From an uncultured virus (IMG/VR IMGVR_UViG_3300020180_001139) (taxonomy: Duplodnaviria; Heunggongvirae; Uroviricota; Caudoviricetes), in the IMG/VR virus record IMGVR_UViG_3300020180_001139: DNA of 20,000 bases; one strand, written 5' to 3'. The notes below the pieces were generated by a model. That model saw only the letters and a program-made list of their open reading frames with translations, had not been told where the DNA came from and searched no databases. This document shows, piece after piece, positions 17,251 through 20,000 of this stretch (its first letter is position 1; each line of letters starts with the position of its first letter). The translations under genes were made by a program, and so were the position numbers.

Positions 17251-20000
17251 ATGTTTCTTAAAATAGGACAATCGTTCGAGATCTCTACTACTAATATACT
17301 TTCGTCAGAAGCGGTCCTGACTGATCCCGAGATCGAAGCTAATTTTCGTAAATTCGCTGTTGAATTGAAGCGTATTGCTCCGAAGGCTGATGATTTTCTT
17401 TATTTCTCAGCCGTGATGATGCATGCAGCGGAGCATGCTCTTGTGAATGCTGACGGGACCACGAAACTTCTTGCTAATGGTAAGAAAGCCGAAGCTCATT
17501 GGGAAGACCGTGGAGACTCGATACGTTGGGTCAGCAATGATCCATCTATACGTCCATTCAAAAATAACAATCTAGATATTTTTCCGGAGCGCGAACTTCT
17601 TAAGGCATATAAGAAGTGGATCGGAAAACCATTATGCATTGATCATAAATCAAATTCTGTCGACTATATACGCGGCATAATTGTTGATACGTATTATGAC
17701 CATATAGGCAAGCGTGTCATAGCTCTGTGTGCCTTGGATAAGAAGAATTATCCAGATCTGGCACATAAAGTAAAATCAGGGTACGCGACATCCGTTTCCA
17801 TGGGAACGGCAGTATTGAGAGCTGTTTGTTCGGATTGTGGGCAAGTTGCCCGGACTGAACAAGATTTTTGCAATCATATGCGTTCAAAATCTTGTTACGG
17901 CGAAATCAATCTTGATCTTCAGCCAATTGAGCTTTCGATCGTTGTGAACGGCGCCGATCCCAAAGCAAAGATCAAGCATATTATCGCTGCGGCCAATTCC
18001 CTTTCAAGATATGCTGAAATGAAGCAGGGAGAGCTGGCTTCGGAAATGTCTGATCTTGCGATTGATAAGGTCAACGAGATTAAAGAAAAAATTGTTGATG
18101 ACATTAAGAATGGGCTGAATGATTTGGTTCGTGAATTCGAATCAATCAAACAAGACACGACAGGCTCTGAGGCCGAGGCCATGAGTAAAGAAGTCACGGA
18201 AGAACCGATTTCAGAAAAATTTGATGAAGAAGATAAGAAAATAGATAATTTAGTTGAAGCTTCTGACAATAATGAAGTATTGATTCGGAAGTTTAACGAA
18301 ATAAAAGATTCTATCTATAACACTTTATCAATTATTCAGCAAGAATTTAGTAAGCTTTCTAATTTGAAGGATGGATTAAGGGAAACCAACATGAATAAAA
18401 AAGGGTATTTTCAGGGTGCAGGTAGCGAGGGTGGTGGCGTGAACATGCCAACCCCAGGTCAAACAAAGTATCCGGCTGAGCCGCAGAACAATGCGTTACG
18501 TGAACGCGGCGATAAACATATGGAAGGCCAGATGGATACAGGTCCCGTTGACGGAATGCATCCAGGCCCCGAGTCGGTTGGAATGAGCGAGATGGAGCGA
18601 AAGAAAATGCTCGCCCGCGCCGAAGCCGATGAGCGTGCAGCCCGGCGCAAATTGGCAGTCGAGCAGGCGAAGGTTGCTTATTTCCAGAGCGGAGACAGTA
18701 AGAATGATCCGACTCCAGGTAAAGCGCAGTATCCTAAAGAGGATGCCGATTCGATTCGTGACAAAATGGATCGTCAGATGAATGGCCAGGCTCCGTTTCC
18801 CGGCGTTGGCAAGGTTGACGGACTTCACCCATCCCCAGAATCAGCCGCTCAGAAAGACGAACTAAAGCGCAAAGAGATGTTGGGCCGTGCAAGCTTAACT
18901 GCAAAATTTGTTAAAGCGGCCACTCCAACGGGTGCGCAGGATCGTGCAAATAGCGTATGGCAAGTATTTTCGAATAATAAATTGGTTCTCACGGCATCCG
19001 TGAAAGACCTCTCGGGAGGTCGCGTCGATACCCTGTACGATGTAATCGCAACCAAAGCATTCGGCACCAAGATGCTTCAAAAAGTAAAGAGCGTTGGTCT
19101 TGAAAAAGCCGCTTCACTTTACAAAGCAGCACAGGAAATGCCCGCGATGCCCGCGATGCCAGAAATGCCCGCGGCTGCACCGGCGGCCCTCGCTGCCCCG
19201 GCTGAGGCACCGGCACCGGCACCCGCACCTAGCGCGGCCCCAGAAACGGATGACGCAAATAAAGGTGGATCTGGAAATCCAAAAGAGACCATTCTGACCC
19301 TCGTTGATAAGGCAACGAACCTTCTTTCTGATGTAAAAGAAGAAATTTCGAACCTAAAAGATGAGCAGGCCGATATGGGTCCCGAAATGGATGACGCACT
19401 CCCGAAAGCAACCGCATCACTATTCAAGATGCGTCGTGAGCTGAATGCACAGCTGTATACTGAACTGCGCAAATGTGGCCGGGATCTATCCGACAGCATT
19501 GAAGAGCTGAAGTTGATTTCGAGCCTGTACGATCAGAACGGTGTCACCGATACCAACCGCGAGTATGTTGAAGCGATTTCTGAAGATGCAGTAAACGAAG
19601 CCAATAAGATCATGGCAGAAGCAGCTGAATTAGGCAGCGCTTATAACAAATACTCACTCGGTACGGATTCAATGCTTAAACGCGCTGCGATTGAAAAAGT
19701 TCTCGTAACAGAGGCTCAGGATATGAATATGTCAAATATGGATATGGGCGACGACAGTCCCAGTGCATCAGCCGATGAATTTAATGATAAAGAAATTCTT
19801 GCCGAGTTAGGCCTTCTACCAGAAGATCATGAAGAGGAAGATCATGAAGAGGAAGATCATGAAGAGGAAGCTCATGGGCATGAAATGCACGGTGATGAAA
19901 TGCACGGGGATTCAAATCCAGCCATCGATGTAACGATGGATGAAAAGGATCTTGCCAAGATGCAGACTGCGGGCGTCAAACTACAATCAAAAGCTAGTTT
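17251..20000 (+). CDS. Prohead (capsid maturation) serine protease fused to a long scaffold-like region; 3'-truncated, at least 916 aa, absent from the ORF track
   Basis: Translated by hand with no stop to the window end. MFLKIGQSF...NNNLDIFPERELLKAYKKWIGKPLCIDH (His 17644)...RGIIVD...SVSMG (Ser 17797)...CSDC...CNH...ELSIVVNGADPKAKI matches the HK97 gp4/assemblin-type layout. Coiled-coil, Pro/Ala and acidic segments follow. Confidence 0.85.
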   Translation, partial: MFLKIGQSFEISTTNILSSEAVLTDPEIEANFRKFAVELKRIAPKADDFLYFSAVMMHAAEHALVNADGTTKLLANGKKAEAHWEDRGDSIRWVSNDPSIRPFKNNNLDIFPERELLKAYKKWIGKPLCIDHKSNSVDYIRGIIVDTYYDHIGKRVIALCALDKKNYPDLAHKVKSGYATSVSMGTAVLRAVCSDCGQVARTEQDFCNHMRSKSCYGEINLDLQPIELSIVVNGADPKAKIKHIIAAANSLSRYAEMKQGELASEMSDLAIDKVNEIKEKIVDDIKNGLNDLVREFESIKQDTTGSEAEAMSKEVTEEPISEKFDEEDKKIDNLVEASDNNEVLIRKFNEIKDSIYNTLSIIQQEFSKLSNLKDGLRETNMNKKGYFQGAGSEGGGVNMPTPGQTKYPAEPQNNALRERGDKHMEGQMDTGPVDGMHPGPESVGMSEMERKKMLARAEADERAARRKLAVEQAKVAYFQSGDSKNDPTPGKAQYPKEDADSIRDKMDRQMNGQAPFPGVGKVDGLHPSPESAAQKDELKRKEMLGRASLTAKFVKAATPTGAQDRANSVWQVFSNNKLVLTASVKDLSGGRVDTLYDVIATKAFGTKMLQKVKSVGLEKAASLYKAAQEMPAMPAMPEMPAAAPAALAAPAEAPAPAPAPSAAPETDDANKGGSGNPKETILTLVDKATNLLSDVKEEISNLKDEQADMGPEMDDALPKATASLFKMRRELNAQLYTELRKCGRDLSDSIEELKLISSLYDQNGVTDTNREYVEAISEDAVNEANKIMAEAAELGSAYNKYSLGTDSMLKRAAIEKVLVTEAQDMNMSNMDMGDDSPSASADEFNDKEILAELGLLPEDHEEEDHEEEDHEEEAHGHEMHGDEMHGDSNPAIDVTMDEKDLAKMQTAGVKLQSKAS
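18376..18393 (+). promoter_or_regulatory. Putative internal ribosome-binding site and in-frame start (ATG 18391) for a nested scaffold protein
   Basis: TTAAGGGAAACCAAC-ATG AAT AAA AAA, in frame with 17251 (residue 381). Confidence 0.5.
18406..18891 (+). repeat. Diverged internal protein duplication of about 70 aa (copies 18406-18621 and 18679-18891)
   Basis: Both copies share YFQ...PTPG..[KQ]YP.E...[LI]R...D..M.GQ...VDG[ML]HP.PES....E..RK.ML.RA. Confidence 0.85.
19822..19866 (+). repeat. 15-bp coding tandem repeat, 3 copies (EDHEE) in a His/Glu-rich segment
   Basis: gaagatcatgaagag x3, followed by EAHGHEMHGDEMHGD. Confidence 0.9.

Noticed and set aside
19094..19297. + strand 67-aa ORF with CPRCPRCQKC, resembling a zinc finger
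   Set aside because: It is an out-of-frame reading of the MPAMPAMPEMPA repeat of the 17251 ORF.
3354..19499. All short minus-strand ORFs in the track (e.g. 3439-3810, 7300-7614, 12503-12841, 17919-18269, 19119-19499)
   Set aside because: They lie antisense to long, motif-bearing + strand genes, have no recognisable domains, and often just mirror Pro/Ala repeats.
2657..19866. Short direct repeats as a possible CRISPR array
   Set aside because: All are head-to-tail, in-frame multiples of 3 inside CDSs, with no unique spacers and no cas genes.
17251..20000. Apparent gene-free or non-coding region in the ORF track
   Set aside because: It is one continuous + strand ORF lacking a stop within the window.
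1..20000. Stop-codon reassignment (code 15 or 4), as in some large phages
   Set aside because: Genes are full length and densely packed under the standard code, and TGA stops take part in ATGA overlaps. TAG is rare but nothing requires its readthrough.
1..20000. Eukaryotic virus or cellular chromosome origin (phosphatase, poly-Pro, CCA-like enzyme)
   Set aside because: TerL, portal, prohead protease, overlapping start/stop codons, SD-like sites and a GH24 lysozyme indicate a bacteriophage. I recognised no tRNA, rRNA or housekeeping genes.

Overview
A single + strand block of tightly coupled genes that reads as the DNA-packaging and head-morphogenesis module of a large tailed bacteriophage (Caudoviricetes, standard genetic code). 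Recognisable genes are a lambda-gpA-like terminase large subunit interrupted by a 149-aa mini-intein (6235-8535), a portal protein (9763-11469), and a long prohead protease-scaffold ORF (17251 to beyond the window end) that the ORF track missed because it has no stop in the window. Three enzymes sit among about 10 hypothetical, low-complexity proteins: a minimal CCA/poly(A)-polymerase-type nucleotidyltransferase with an altered templating motif, a HCxxGxxR cysteine phosphatase, and a 674-aa protein with an internal GH24 lysozyme domain. The most striking pattern is a recurrent hydrophobic-x-K-x-[A/S/G] motif at N-termini and domain boundaries of most ORFs. I infer that the prohead protease may process a large set of capsid-packaged cargo or ejection proteins. 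All calls come from reading motifs by eye; no database searches were run.
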